Virus record (IMG/VR): IMGVR_UViG_3300013005_000002
Coordinates: 15,791-79,790 of that record
Source of the DNA: a virus
Reading direction: 5' to 3' (one strand)
DNA: 64,000 nt
The notes beneath the pieces are model-generated. The model saw only the letters and a list, made by a program, of their open reading frames with translations, searched no databases and was not told the origin of the DNA. Within the stretch, counting starts at the first letter, position 1. Each line of letters begins with the position of its first letter. The translations under genes and the position numbers were made by a program. Below, piece by piece: positions 7,579-17,659 of this stretch.

Positions 7579-8030
7579 GCTTTAGTCCAGTATTTATCTT
7601 GGATAGTTTTTCCACATACATTACCAAAGATTCCTGGCTTTACAAACTCAATACCATCTAAAGACGACACAAGTTCATCGGTAATTTCAGGATAGATTTT
7701 GCACATACGTTGTATGGCAAAATTATACACTTGCTTCTGATACCATAATCCAAGTTTGTGTAGTCCTGTGTATTTAGTAAAAGGTTTAGTAACGTGCCAA
7801 TCAAAATTATAAAGAAGAGGCCACTTTATCCAAACATAGCCTGGGTACAATAGTGAGTGTAACCCGCCATCCCAGAAATATGGATGGTCGCGGAATGTGC
7901 CATACTTTTCTTTTCCATGAGTACCAATTCTACCATAGGTTTTCCATGTACGCATAATATAACTAATAGCAATATCTAGCTTATCTCCATGTTCTTCAAA
8001 CCATGTATCACCCCACTGATGACTTGGCAT
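7575..8030 (-). CDS. hypothetical protein
   Basis: 151-aa ORF with a KEKYGT motif; AGGAG RBS. Confidence 0.75.
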   Translation of the reverse strand: MPSHQWGDTWFEEHGDKLDIAISYIMRTWKTYGRIGTHGKEKYGTFRDHPYFWDGGLHSLLYPGYVWIKWPLLYNFDWHVTKPFTKYTGLHKLGLWYQKQVYNFAIQRMCKIYPEITDELVSSLDGIEFVKPGIFGNVCGKTIQDKYWTKA

Positions 8031-8385
8031 ATTTTCTCCTTTTTTTAGGTTTATATTTTTCTAATTTATAGAAAGAATTTTCTGTTTCTATTTGGTATCC
8101 GCCCTTAACTTTAATGCAACTTACAATAGGGGAGGATCTAAACCAACCAAATGCATTAGTAAGATAAATCCAAATAGATGTGCCTTTAGCAATAACCTGT
8201 ACTTTAGATGCAGTCATAACTAGGTTTTTAACTTCATATAAAGCTTCTCTTCTATCCTTAGTTCCTATTTTAGTTAATGAATACATAGACTTATAATCAA
8301 TTAGATCTAGTCCAGTGCTCTTAGCTAGCTTTATAGTTTCTTTTTTACTTAGTGGACTGTCTGGATATATTTTAATAGTGCCCAT
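8008..8385 (-). CDS. hypothetical protein
   Basis: 125-aa ORF; C-terminal W.RSS.I...IETENSFY motif common in phage proteins. Confidence 0.7.
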   Translation of the reverse strand: MGTIKIYPDSPLSKKETIKLAKSTGLDLIDYKSMYSLTKIGTKDRREALYEVKNLVMTASKVQVIAKGTSIWIYLTNAFGWFRSSPIVSCIKVKGGYQIETENSFYKLEKYKPKKRRKYAKSSVG

Positions 8386-8388
8386 ATA

Positions 8389-8616
8389 TTACACTTTTTC
8401 TCCACAATCAGGACATTTATAGTAGGCAGTTCTATCTGTCTCATAGTCATAGTGTCCGATTTCTCTTCCCCAACGATTAGCTAATCCGTGCTGCTTCCAG
8501 CCAGCGTAGTTTTTAGAAATACTAAGAGCTTTTTTTTCAGTATAACCTTGATCCAGAAAGGTCTGATAAATGAGTTCCCCATCTAAGTTTGTTCCGCAAT
8601 GTTTACAAGGTCTCAT
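8389..8616 (-). CDS. small zinc-ribbon protein
   Basis: CKHC ... CPDC. Confidence 0.7.
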   Translation of the reverse strand: MRPCKHCGTNLDGELIYQTFLDQGYTEKKALSISKNYAGWKQHGLANRWGREIGHYDYETDRTAYYKCPDCGEKV

Positions 8617-8693
8617 CTTATTTTTTTCCTTTCCTATAAATCAATACGTTTGAGCTGATATAGTAGTTTTAGTGTTTTTTTCAACGATAATTA

Positions 8694-8921
8694 TTAGTAT
8701 AGGCAATTATGTGCCTTCATAGCTTTTAAACAAAATTTATATAATTCTTGAGGTACGGTAAAAATTGCTTCTTCACCCTCTTGAAAAGTGTATAACTTCC
8801 CGTCATCCTTTTTGTATTGCATTACTTTTTTATTGATTTTTCTAGCTGCCCGGAAATGTTCAACAAATACTTTGTAGCCGGATTTTGTTTTTACTATGTT
8901 TTGGAATTCTACCATATGCAC
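8694..8921 (-). CDS. hypothetical protein
   Basis: ORF track; GAGG RBS. Confidence 0.6.
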   Translation of the reverse strand: MHMVEFQNIVKTKSGYKVFVEHFRAARKINKKVMQYKKDDGKLYTFQEGEEAIFTVPQELYKFCLKAMKAHNCLY

Positions 8922-8945
8922 CTCTGGATTAGTTTAAAATATAAT

Positions 8946-9155
8946 TTAGGACAAGTCAATATATAATACACTATTTATAAAAAAAGTGCTATCTAGAATA
9001 TTATCCCATAGCCACCCCGGATTTTTTAAATCTTCAGGAGAATCTTTAGTCCATCTAGTAATGTATTCACTTATCTCATATCTTGGATCATCCATAAAAT
9101 ATTCTTTTAATATTTCAAAGCCTTTATTAAATTCTACATTACGATATTTTCTCAT
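8946..9155 (-). CDS. dispersed MxKY-family microprotein (69 aa, MRKYRNVEF...)
   Basis: ORF track; ATGA overlap with the upstream family member. Confidence 0.7.
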   Translation of the reverse strand: MRKYRNVEFNKGFEILKEYFMDDPRYEISEYITRWTKDSPEDLKNPGWLWDNILDSTFFINSVLYIDLS

Positions 9156-9331
9156 AAAAATAGATTATTATTCCAAAGCAATCGGTTTAATAGAAGTTCT
9201 TCTATTAATCTTACTTCAAGAAAATTAATACTTTTTAATGTTGTGTACATATGATCACTAATGTAGCGTCTATATTGTGTATGAATTTCAAATACTTCGT
9301 ATACAAGCACTGTTTTTTTATACTTTCTCAT
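9152..9331 (-). CDS. dispersed MxKY-family microprotein (59 aa, MRKYKKTVLVYEVF...)
   Basis: hand-translated; first gene of the island, 6 nt downstream of a TATTAT -10 box. Confidence 0.7.
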   Translation of the reverse strand: MRKYKKTVLVYEVFEIHTQYRRYISDHMYTTLKSINFLEVRLIEELLLNRLLWNNNLFL

Positions 9332-9337
9332 TTAAAT

Positions 9338-9390
9338 ATAATACACTTTTATTTAAATTAATCAAGGAAAATATGATGTTAACAAGTTTA
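9338..9390. promoter_or_regulatory. divergent promoter: leftward sigma70 (TTGATT-16-TATTAT) and rightward TTAACAAGTTTA motif
   Basis: -35 at 9360-9365 and -10 at 9338-9343 on the minus strand; motif variant at 9379-9390. Confidence 0.55.
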
Positions 9391-9409
9391 ATTAGAGGTA
9401 GATAAGATT

Positions 9410-9673
9410 ATGTCAGATAAATCCCCGGCCAAAGGTAAAAGATTTAGTAAGCTGTTTAAGAATCCTGAGACTGGTAGGATGAATAAGGTATCTTATGGAC
9501 AAGCTGGTAAAGCTTCTGACGGTGGAGATAGGATTAGGCCGGGCACAGATAAAGCTGCGGCTTACTGCGCTAGGAGTAACAAGATTAAAGGTGACTGGAG
9601 AAGTGACCCCAATAGTCCTAATAATTTAAGCAGACGTAAGTGGAAGTGTGTAGGGGATAAGTCTAGGAAGTAA
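9410..9673 (+). CDS. small basic conserved phage protein
   Basis: YCARS...DPNSPNNLSRRKWKC motif widespread in phage; GAGG RBS. Confidence 0.75.
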   Translation: MSDKSPAKGKRFSKLFKNPETGRMNKVSYGQAGKASDGGDRIRPGTDKAAAYCARSNKIKGDWRSDPNSPNNLSRRKWKCVGDKSRK

Positions 9674-9744
9674 ATCTCTAGCAAGCAGAGCTTGCGGTGA
9701 TTTTCGGTAGAAAATCTATTGTGTAGTAGTCAAAGGAAGCGCGA

Positions 9745-9921
9745 ATGAAAAAAATGTTAAAAAGAGAAGATGGTAGTAAATCACAAAAAGGTCTCTGGGA
9801 TAATATCCGAGCTAAGCGTGAACGTGGTGAACCTAAAGCTAAACCAGGAAGTAAAGACTATCCTGAGAAAAAAGCTTTTGCTAAAGCTAGTGGTAGATTT
9901 AAAAAACTATTTAAAAAGTAA
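9745..9921 (+). CDS. small basic phage protein (58 aa, MKKMLKREDG...GLWDNIRAKRERG...RFKKLFKK)
   Basis: hand-translated; AAAGGA RBS; GLWxNIxAKR motif seen in phage proteins. Confidence 0.7.
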   Translation: MKKMLKREDGSKSQKGLWDNIRAKRERGEPKAKPGSKDYPEKKAFAKASGRFKKLFKK

Positions 9922-10230
9922 TTAGTTACCTTTAAAATATTTACTAATATCTATTGTAAATCCTTTAGGTAAATTTATAACACAATCCATACTGCTATCG
10001 GTGCTATCATCAAAATAATAAGCATCACTAGAACTAGTATACGGACTAAATCCATATTGTTTAGGGTCCCAGTTTGATCCACCAAAAAGAGTAGGCGCAA
10101 CTTCAGGTTCTGTATATGTGGGCTCTTTCTTACAAGACCTACAGAACCAAAACTCAGACCTACCCCATACTTGTTTAGCGATATCTAAACTATTACAATG
10201 ATTACATTTACTTGGCTCTTTTTTGTCCAT
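9922..10230 (-). CDS. zinc-finger hypothetical protein
   Basis: CNHC...CRSC. Confidence 0.6.
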   Translation of the reverse strand: MDKKEPSKCNHCNSLDIAKQVWGRSEFWFCRSCKKEPTYTEPEVAPTLFGGSNWDPKQYGFSPYTSSSDAYYFDDSTDSSMDCVINLPKGFTIDISKYFKGN

Positions 10231-10501
10231 TTTTGTTTTTCCTAAAAACGACAGTTCCTGTCGCTTTATTAAAATAGATTTTCATATTTAATAGTAATAA
10301 AAATTGATTAAAAACAAAAGACTTTAATCCTGATTCGGCTAAATAAATGTCGTAAGACAAATCCCATGAGTTTGTTTTAAAATGTGATTTTATATCATTA
10401 GCCATTAACTTTAACTTTGGATTAGTTTTTAATTCATCTTTTGCTTTTTTATTCATATTGGATACAAAGTTTTTTCTTAATTCTGCTATTTGTTTACTCA
10501 T
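10208..10501 (-). CDS. hypothetical protein
   Basis: ORF track. Confidence 0.6.
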   Translation of the reverse strand: MSKQIAELRKNFVSNMNKKAKDELKTNPKLKLMANDIKSHFKTNSWDLSYDIYLAESGLKSFVFNQFLLLLNMKIYFNKATGTVVFRKNKNGQKRAK

Positions 10502-10662
10502 TTATTTCCCCAATGTTTCAATTTCATCAATTGTTATTGTAACTACTTTATAATCTTTATCAATACATACAAAAATAATATCAGGCTTACCTATTGTTTT
10601 AGGAATACCTAATATACTTACTACTTTTAAGTTTAGTCCGGATTTAGTCTTTAATAATTGCA

Positions 10663-10890
10663 TTATAGTTCTCCTAAAAAAACAATTTCTTTTTCAAAAT
10701 TAGTTAGCAATTCATTAACCATTGTTTCTCTTGTTTTTTCTTCCCACCAAAAATCATCGATTTTAGCCGAGTGTTTATTAATAAGCCAAATAGCAAAGCT
10801 ATTATGTATTTTTTTTGGCACAAAACTAATATGATCCGTTAATGGAAAATAGTACACATACTCTTTATCCACGGTCACGTCTTTGTGCAA
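10663..10890 (-). CDS. hypothetical protein
   Basis: ORF track; C-terminal FLGEL motif typical of phage small proteins. Confidence 0.6.
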   Translation of the reverse strand: MHKDVTVDKEYVYYFPLTDHISFVPKKIHNSFAIWLINKHSAKIDDFWWEEKTRETMVNELLTNFEKEIVFLGEL

Positions 10891-11024
10891 TAAGTTCTTC
10901 TTTAACTAAAGTAAAATTATACAATTGATTCAATGTGATAAAACCATAAGCTTCATTGACATTGTCAAAAAAGCGCACATCCCACATTGAACTGGAATCT
11001 TCTTTAGGCATAAGATATTCTAAT

Positions 11025-11258
11025 CTATACTCTATTCTTTTTTCTTTTTCCATATATACCTTCCTTTGGTCCATAATAATATAAAGGTTTAGATCCGTCA
11101 AGATATTCTTCAATAGATTCGGGATTATGTACTTCAATGTGTGCTTTTACTAAAGCCAGTATATCACCTAGTTGTAATTCCTGGTTTATACACATTTCAT
11201 CAATAATACACTCTAAATCTAATAAAATCTTACCCATTGACCGAGTTTTTTTATCCAT
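11025..11258 (-). CDS. hypothetical protein (start reassigned to MDKKTR)
   Basis: ATG at 11258 lies just downstream of a sigma70 promoter. Confidence 0.65.
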   Translation of the reverse strand: MDKKTRSMGKILLDLECIIDEMCINQELQLGDILALVKAHIEVHNPESIEEYLDGSKPLYYYGPKEGIYGKRKKNRV

Positions 11259-11267
11259 GGTAAGTAT

Positions 11268-11314
11268 ATAATACAACGAATTAAATATAAAAGCAAGGTA
11301 TATTAACAAGTTAG
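11268..11314. promoter_or_regulatory. divergent promoter: leftward sigma70 (TTGCTT-17-TATTAT) and rightward TTAACAAGTTAG
   Basis: -35 at 11291-11296, -10 at 11268-11273; motif at 11303-11314. Confidence 0.7.
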
Positions 11315-11328
11315 GAAGTGAGGTGTAA

Positions 11329-12306
11329 TTGGCTGGTATTAATACAAAACTAGATGCTAACCAAGTTCTTAAACAGGCTTATGATGAGCCTAATCAAAGA
11401 CTTAGAGTAGATGCAACGCTAAGTGCAACTATTGGTGACGTAATAATTAAGGACGCTGACGGCGATGAATTGGCCGTTAATCCTGATGGAAGCATCAATG
11501 TACAGATTGCTGGAGGTGGGCTCCAGGTAGAAATTAGTGCAGCAGATGGTGATAATATTGCCATCTCAGATGGTACTAATACTGCTTCAGTAAATCCAGA
11601 CGGTAGTCTAAATGTAAATTTAGTGGGAACTAGTGAAGTTAAAATTACTGACGGAACTGATGATTTAGCAATCAACGCCGATGGAAGTATTAATTCTATA
11701 GTAACTGCAACAGATTTAGATATTAGAAATTTACAATTTTCTACGGACAAAGTAGATATTACTGGTTCTAACGTAGGAATACAAGGAACCGTTACAGTTC
11801 AGGCTACCGATTTAGATATTAGAAATTTACAGTTTACTCAAGATAAAGTTGACGTAAGTGGTTCTTCTGTAACCGAAGTAAATAGTTCTGGTATATTAAC
11901 TGAATTACAATCTATTGATTCTAAGCTTCCTTCTCTTGGACAACAAACTGCTGCTAATTCAATAAGCGTTACTTTAGCTAGTGACATTGGTCCTCTAGTA
12001 GCTAATGTAGAATTAAATGCTTTTACTAATACAAATCCAGACAATGTCCAATTAGTTGGAAGTATTAATGGAACTGCTACTGGAACTAAATACGGTATTG
12101 TTAATAATCTGCGTTTACAAATTTTAGATGCTCATGATAGAATTGCTAATTTTATTTATGCAGATTTTGGTACAAAAAATCAAAGAATTATACAAGTAAA
12201 TTATATCAGTGCTACGTTTTTAGGAACTACTGTTCAAAGAGTTTTTTCTTATACATTAGTTGGAAATAATTATAGGCGCGATAATGAAACTTGGACTATA
12301 GTTTAA
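11329..12306 (+). CDS. putative virion/tail-associated repeat protein
   Basis: repeats DG.D.LA.NxDGSIN (x3) and ATDLDIRNLQF..DKVD (x2); follows the late motif. Confidence 0.7.
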   Translation: MAGINTKLDANQVLKQAYDEPNQRLRVDATLSATIGDVIIKDADGDELAVNPDGSINVQIAGGGLQVEISAADGDNIAISDGTNTASVNPDGSLNVNLVGTSEVKITDGTDDLAINADGSINSIVTATDLDIRNLQFSTDKVDITGSNVGIQGTVTVQATDLDIRNLQFTQDKVDVSGSSVTEVNSSGILTELQSIDSKLPSLGQQTAANSISVTLASDIGPLVANVELNAFTNTNPDNVQLVGSINGTATGTKYGIVNNLRLQILDAHDRIANFIYADFGTKNQRIIQVNYISATFLGTTVQRVFSYTLVGNNYRRDNETWTIV

Positions 12307-12316
12307 GGAGAATAAA

Positions 12317-14659
12317 ATGAAATTGCTAGATGTAAAATTATTGGAAAGTGTTAATGGGACGTATGACCAAACGAGAACCACAACTCAAGGTCGTGTAACC
12401 CAGAGAACAATTGACTCCAAGCCAGTGCTGGGACCATCACCCACTCGATTTCTTGATGTGTTTTCTGATACTGCTGGCGCATTCACACCTACGACCACAT
12501 TGTTTGCGACTGATAATGGACGAATCTTTATGATCGGTGCCATTGCCGCTGGTGCCATTCCTGTTGTTTGTTATGAAATCAACCAAACTACAGGCGTTCA
12601 TACCTATGTTGGTCGTATCAATATTTCTGTTCCTTCATCCCCTGCGATTGTTCACACTATTCGTTCGATTAAAGTAATTGATAACGGAACTTCAGGATGG
12701 AAAATTTACATTATTGCGACCGGTACTTTATTAGTCGGTGGATCAGGTGTATTGCTTGCGAACAACATTGCACGAGCGGATTTTTCGCAGGTTTCTCCAC
12801 CCGTCATTCCATTTGCAACAGGTAACAACCAAAAAGCTGTTTATCAGCTTGGGAAACTTGCATCATTAAATTCAAGATCAATGACTATTACTCTGGGAAC
12901 TCCAGTAAAATTTAACTTTGTTGGTCATGGTTTTCAAAACAACGATCAAGTCTATTTTACATCGCAAGTTGGTTCTGCTTGGACAACTTCAACATTCGCA
13001 ATTAACGTTAAGTATTTCGTGAGAAATGCCTCCGCCAATGACTTTGAACTGTCAGCTTCATTTAACGGCGCTTCAATTGGCGCTGCTGCTGGTCCAACTT
13101 CTGTTGTCATGCAACCACTAAATCAAGAGATTGATGCCTTTGGTGCTATCATCGACGTTGCAGCAAACAGGCTTTATACGCACGTAGGAACAGCCGCCAA
13201 TCCACAATACTTTGTACGAGACACATCGGTTGCGCCAACTTATTCAACTCAGACAGCGGCTATTGTGGCTGGAACTCCAGGAAAAATCCAAATCAATGCT
13301 CATGGATTAACTGAAAACGAACCAATTAAGTTTTTAGCTGGATCGTTGCCAGTGGCTTTTGCTCTCAATACGACTTATTTTGTTCGTAATTTGACAGTCA
13401 ATGATTTTGAACTCTCTGCAACAGCAGGCGGTGCTTCAATTACCGTTGTTGGTAGCGCAACAGGCGTAACAGTCGGCAAGTCTTTTGGTTACACTGACTC
13501 TCAGTGGTTACATCAAACAAGCATCATGCCAGCTATAACTGGTACTCTACTTGCCTCAACTGACGTTGAAGCAATTGCTACACCCGTAAATGCTCCACTC
13601 AACGGACCACTTCTTAATGGTCAAAAATGTGCTTTCTTTGCGACATCTTCAAACCTTTACCTCGGAAGACTTGACGAGCTTACTGCTGGTGCAACCACAT
13701 GGCCTTCATTGACCACGTCTAATATGCTAGGACTGCCTTCTCAGATTGTTACTCCGATTGTGTTAAGTGCCTCATGGTCAGATTCTCTTGATCATGCCAT
13801 TGTGTTGATTGGTCAAACCTCAACTAACGCATATAGGTTTATGCTTAAGAAGGTTGAAAATAATAAATTAACAGCTCTTTTTGGTGATATGTGTATGGAT
13901 TTTTATGAAACAACTACTAGAGAGGCATATGAGCTAAGACCAGCATTGCAATATATTAACTTCACAAATCACGCAGGTTGGTTGTTTGCTCTATCTTCAG
14001 CAGTAGGACAAAGAGGTGTTTTTGCAGCAGATTTAAGATCGGATACACTTGCAGATCAAAGTTATATTGTTTCTAAAGTCGTAGATTTTCCAGACAATGC
14101 TGTTTTAAAAAACATTCAAGTTATGAAAGAGCTTGTAAAAACTGGAGGAGAGGTTAAAGTTGAATATAGAACCAGTGGATTTGCTTCTATTTCAGGAGGT
14201 TGGTTAGAATTAGACCCTGATCAGGAGCTGTCTATTCCTGTAGCAGATAAAATTCAATTTAAATTATCATTTAAAACTTTTTCTTTTGACAGAACTAGCC
14301 ATGTTCAGATTTCTGATATTTTTATTGGGTATGAAGCACAGGAAGATTTATCTGATAACTGGGAATATAGCTACGATGACTCTTCTTCTGGTTCTCCAAC
14401 TCGTATTGGGTTCCGTTTAAAACAAACATATGTAACGTCTGTGCCGTCTACACTTAAGTTTCAAGCAGCCGATCTTAGTGGATTAATTCTTGTAAGTCAA
14501 ACAATTACAACAAATCCTTCTAATTTCCAGTATTCTACAGATGGTGGAACAACATGGATTGCTCTTGGAACAATTCCAAACACAGTTGGAACGCTTGTAA
14601 GATACACATTTACAAGTCCTCCAGGAACAGATATTCGTCCGAGTTTAAAGGATAGCTAA
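12317..14659 (+). CDS. large virion structural/receptor-binding protein
   Basis: 780 aa, beta-rich; two HG(F/L)..N....F...YFVRN...NDFELSA repeats typical of phage structural proteins. Confidence 0.7.
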   Translation: MKLLDVKLLESVNGTYDQTRTTTQGRVTQRTIDSKPVLGPSPTRFLDVFSDTAGAFTPTTTLFATDNGRIFMIGAIAAGAIPVVCYEINQTTGVHTYVGRINISVPSSPAIVHTIRSIKVIDNGTSGWKIYIIATGTLLVGGSGVLLANNIARADFSQVSPPVIPFATGNNQKAVYQLGKLASLNSRSMTITLGTPVKFNFVGHGFQNNDQVYFTSQVGSAWTTSTFAINVKYFVRNASANDFELSASFNGASIGAAAGPTSVVMQPLNQEIDAFGAIIDVAANRLYTHVGTAANPQYFVRDTSVAPTYSTQTAAIVAGTPGKIQINAHGLTENEPIKFLAGSLPVAFALNTTYFVRNLTVNDFELSATAGGASITVVGSATGVTVGKSFGYTDSQWLHQTSIMPAITGTLLASTDVEAIATPVNAPLNGPLLNGQKCAFFATSSNLYLGRLDELTAGATTWPSLTTSNMLGLPSQIVTPIVLSASWSDSLDHAIVLIGQTSTNAYRFMLKKVENNKLTALFGDMCMDFYETTTREAYELRPALQYINFTNHAGWLFALSSAVGQRGVFAADLRSDTLADQSYIVSKVVDFPDNAVLKNIQVMKELVKTGGEVKVEYRTSGFASISGGWLELDPDQELSIPVADKIQFKLSFKTFSFDRTSHVQISDIFIGYEAQEDLSDNWEYSYDDSSSGSPTRIGFRLKQTYVTSVPSTLKFQAADLSGLILVSQTITTNPSNFQYSTDGGTTWIALGTIPNTVGTLVRYTFTSPPGTDIRPSLKDS

Positions 14660-15747
14660 TGTCTAATTTACTTTTTGCCGGGGGGGCTATCGTACAAGGT
14701 ACAACCCTTGGTGCTATATTTGGTAACCAGCTTGTGACAGGAGGAGCGTTTCAGCCCTCCTCACAGGCTTGTATTGTAGATCTAACTCCACCCATTTTTG
14801 GAGGAATTACCTTTCTTACTAGAGGGGCTTTAGGTCAACTTAGAGCGTCTTGGGCAGCAGCTACCGATCTATCGTCTCCTATCAAATACGAAGTTTATGT
14901 ACAAGCAGAAACAAGTTTAAATTTATTTAATGTTGTAAATATTGCATTTATTACTCCTAACTTACAAGCAGATATATTTTCTTTAGCTAATGGAACTCTT
15001 TTGCTATCTGGAGTTAGATATTATGTTGGAGTTAGAGCGGTAGATTCTATTGGCAATAGAGATAACAATACAATAAATTTCTTTCAAACAACTCCTGGGA
15101 TTACCGGAGCAACAAATGCAGAAATCAATGGAGTATTTGCAGTAAATACAAACAATCAACTTATTGCTAGTTTTTGGGTTAATGATAATGATGGCGTTAT
15201 AAATAATCCTAGTAGATTAGGGTTAGCTAGTTATGTAATTTACGATCAAAACGGTAATCTTGTGCCTAGCATGGCTCAAAATAATATTACAGCAGACGCT
15301 GAGGGATTTTACGAAATTACTCCTGTAAATTCTGTTTTAAGTTTAGATAATACATTTTACACAGTTAAAGTAACTATTTATGTTGATGGTATTGCTATTG
15401 TTTATAATCTACCAATCAGCTATGCTGAAGCTGGTCAGCAATATGAACCAAGAGCAGTGTTCTCTATTGATGCAGCAAATCAGTTACAAGCTACTATTTG
15501 GATTACTAAAAATGGAGAACAGATTAGTAGTAATTTAGGAACTGCTTCTTACGCAGTTTATAACAAAGAAGGAACAGCTTTAGGAATATCTCAATCGGGA
15601 ATTATTGCAGACGTTAATGGTCTATATAAAACAACTCCAGTATTAGCAACAGCTTTAACAGACTTGACGCATTATACTGTACTATTTAACATAACAGCAG
15701 ATGGTGCAGTAAGAAAAGGCGCAATTGGTATCACGGTGGCCGACTAA
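14659..15747 (+). CDS. virion protein with Fn3/Ig-like domains
   Basis: DLTPPIFGG...W.AATD...YYVGVRAVD..GNRD Fn3-like signature; duplicated C-terminal domain. Confidence 0.7.
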   Translation: MSNLLFAGGAIVQGTTLGAIFGNQLVTGGAFQPSSQACIVDLTPPIFGGITFLTRGALGQLRASWAAATDLSSPIKYEVYVQAETSLNLFNVVNIAFITPNLQADIFSLANGTLLLSGVRYYVGVRAVDSIGNRDNNTINFFQTTPGITGATNAEINGVFAVNTNNQLIASFWVNDNDGVINNPSRLGLASYVIYDQNGNLVPSMAQNNITADAEGFYEITPVNSVLSLDNTFYTVKVTIYVDGIAIVYNLPISYAEAGQQYEPRAVFSIDAANQLQATIWITKNGEQISSNLGTASYAVYNKEGTALGISQSGIIADVNGLYKTTPVLATALTDLTHYTVLFNITADGAVRKGAIGITVAD

Positions 15748-16292
15748 TGGCTAGTAGAAGAGTAATGATGCTTACTAATAATGAATATATACAACCACTT
15801 AAGTTGTCATTTAATAATAAAAAAGTTATTACACCAAATGCTGCATATAATTCTATTATAACAAAAATTAGTTTTGAAAGACCACAAAATAAAGAGTATC
15901 GAGTAAAAGCCTGGTTGCGATTTAATTCAAACACATTTAATGGTGTACAAATGGTAGGCTCTCTTTTTAGAGGTAAAACGGCTAAAACAATTGCTAGTTG
16001 TACATTTAAAATATACTCAATAGATGTTACTGATAATTGGACAGAAACTTTGCTTGTAACAACATCAGGAACAGCAGTTAATCAAAATAAGTTTACAGCA
16101 AGTTCACCTGAGTCGGCTTTGGCTCCTGCATTTCTGACTGGTGAATTAACTTATAAAATGGAAGTTGAAATTACAAGATTTAGTAAAACTTATTCTGATA
16201 TATTTTATTTTAATCACTTGGGTATTTACGATAGTTTTATTCGACTTAAAAATGATGTAGAGTTTTTAGATATAACTAAAAAAGATTTATAA
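15747..16292 (+). CDS. hypothetical virion-associated protein
   Basis: TAATG-coupled to the upstream gene. Confidence 0.65.
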   Translation: MASRRVMMLTNNEYIQPLKLSFNNKKVITPNAAYNSIITKISFERPQNKEYRVKAWLRFNSNTFNGVQMVGSLFRGKTAKTIASCTFKIYSIDVTDNWTETLLVTTSGTAVNQNKFTASSPESALAPAFLTGELTYKMEVEITRFSKTYSDIFYFNHLGIYDSFIRLKNDVEFLDITKKDL

Positions 16293-16389
16293 GGTAAAAA
16301 AATGGCTAGAATTACAGCTAAAGAAGCACCTAAAAAATTAACTAAAAAAATATCTATAAAAAGAATTATGGATTTATTGCAGTTTGTAG

Positions 16390-16605
16390 CTATTTGCTAT
16401 CTAGTTCTGGAACAGAGCAAGCTCCTCGATAAGATCCTTTTATTGTTTTAAAAAATTCAACAACACAAGGTTTTCTTATTCCTATACAATACATTTTTAG
16501 TTCCGAAAATCCAGCAATGTCTTCCTTAGACCAAGGAGGACTAACGTTAGTTTTCATTGGTTTACAAGTAGCAGATAATACAGTAAATAATAATAAATTT
16601 ATCAA
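16390..16605 (-). CDS. small secreted Cys-containing protein
   Basis: signal-peptide-like N-terminus, 4 Cys. Confidence 0.5.
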   Translation of the reverse strand: MINLLLFTVLSATCKPMKTNVSPPWSKEDIAGFSELKMYCIGIRKPCVVEFFKTIKGSYRGACSVPELDSK

Positions 16606-16749
16606 AATGTATCCTCATATTTTCTAATTTCTTTATTACAATAACAACAATGACTTGTAATTTTTGTTATCCTTTTATTTTTAAAAGAATAAAAATGTAT
16701 TTCAGTTATTTTAAATTTATGCTTACATAAATCAAATAAATCTACTAAA

Positions 16750-16995
16750 TTAGTGTAAATTTGTTTTATTTTTTTTATCATTACTATCTTCTATTGATTC
16801 AATTTTTTCTACTTCCATGCCAGTACTTTCTACGGCATCCATAACGAATTGTTCTGTTCCAACGATAAGACCATGCACGTTGTCTTCTTCAGATTCAACA
16901 ATAGGAATACCAATAATCCACCCAAGCTCTTCTACAATTTCAGTTAAAGCTTGAATTAATTCTTGTTGACGTTCTGTTGATAGTTCAGTTTTCAA
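16750..16995 (-). CDS. hypothetical acidic protein
   Basis: ORF track; AGGAGG RBS. Confidence 0.7.
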   Translation of the reverse strand: MKTELSTERQQELIQALTEIVEELGWIIGIPIVESEEDNVHGLIVGTEQFVMDAVESTGMEVEKIESIEDSNDKKNKTNLH

Positions 16996-17185
16996 GCTTT
17001 ACCTCCTGGTAAATTACTTCTTCAATATCTCCACTTGTTTTACTAAATGATACGTTTACAAACTTAGTATTTATAATACTAGGATTAACATAATAGCCAG
17101 TCATTGACATAAAATCAAAAACTTTATTTATATCTGATTCAATAAAAGATCCATCTAATCTTAGAATTTTAATTCTATACGTCAT
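16985..17185 (-). CDS. hypothetical protein
   Basis: ORF track; overlapping neighbours. Confidence 0.6.
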   Translation of the reverse strand: MTYRIKILRLDGSFIESDINKVFDFMSMTGYYVNPSIINTKFVNVSFSKTSGDIEEVIYQEVKLEN

Positions 17186-17399
17186 CTTTTAACCTCACTG
17201 ATTTAGTCAATTCTGGAAATTTACTTACAGATTCGGGGTGTACGTGTATTGTTACAAATTCACTTTTTAAATTACTAGCTTTAAGTGTTAGTTTAGATTC
17301 ATTAGGTTCGATGTATATATCTACACTACTCCCTGGACATTTCTTAGTTAAATACTCAGTAATTTCTTTTACATCACTTGCGCTTATTTTAAATCCCAT
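17175..17399 (-). CDS. hypothetical protein
   Basis: ORF track; TAATG coupling. Confidence 0.65.
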   Translation of the reverse strand: MGFKISASDVKEITEYLTKKCPGSSVDIYIEPNESKLTLKASNLKSEFVTIHVHPESVSKFPELTKSVRLKDDV

Positions 17400-17659
17400 T
17401 AAAACTCCATTTTATATGTTATTCTTTTATCAACAATTACGCTATACATTGTTCCAAAAAAAGGTATATACTTTTCATACTGTTTAGGTAATATTTCTTT
17501 TTGGATTCTTCTAAAAACTTCTTCTCCTAAAGCATCTACTCCATAAAATTTAGCAACAGCATCAATAGTTTTTTTTTGCATCTGCTCTTCTGTATAAGTT
17601 TGAGCATTGCAAATACTAGTTAAAAGACTTAGGATTAGTAATATTTTCATATATCTCAT
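17399..17659 (-). CDS. small exported protein ending in a beta-signal-like ITYKMEF
   Basis: signal peptide MKILLILSLLTSICNA; C-terminal Phe. Confidence 0.6.
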   Translation of the reverse strand: MRYMKILLILSLLTSICNAQTYTEEQMQKKTIDAVAKFYGVDALGEEVFRRIQKEILPKQYEKYIPFFGTMYSVIVDKRITYKMEF

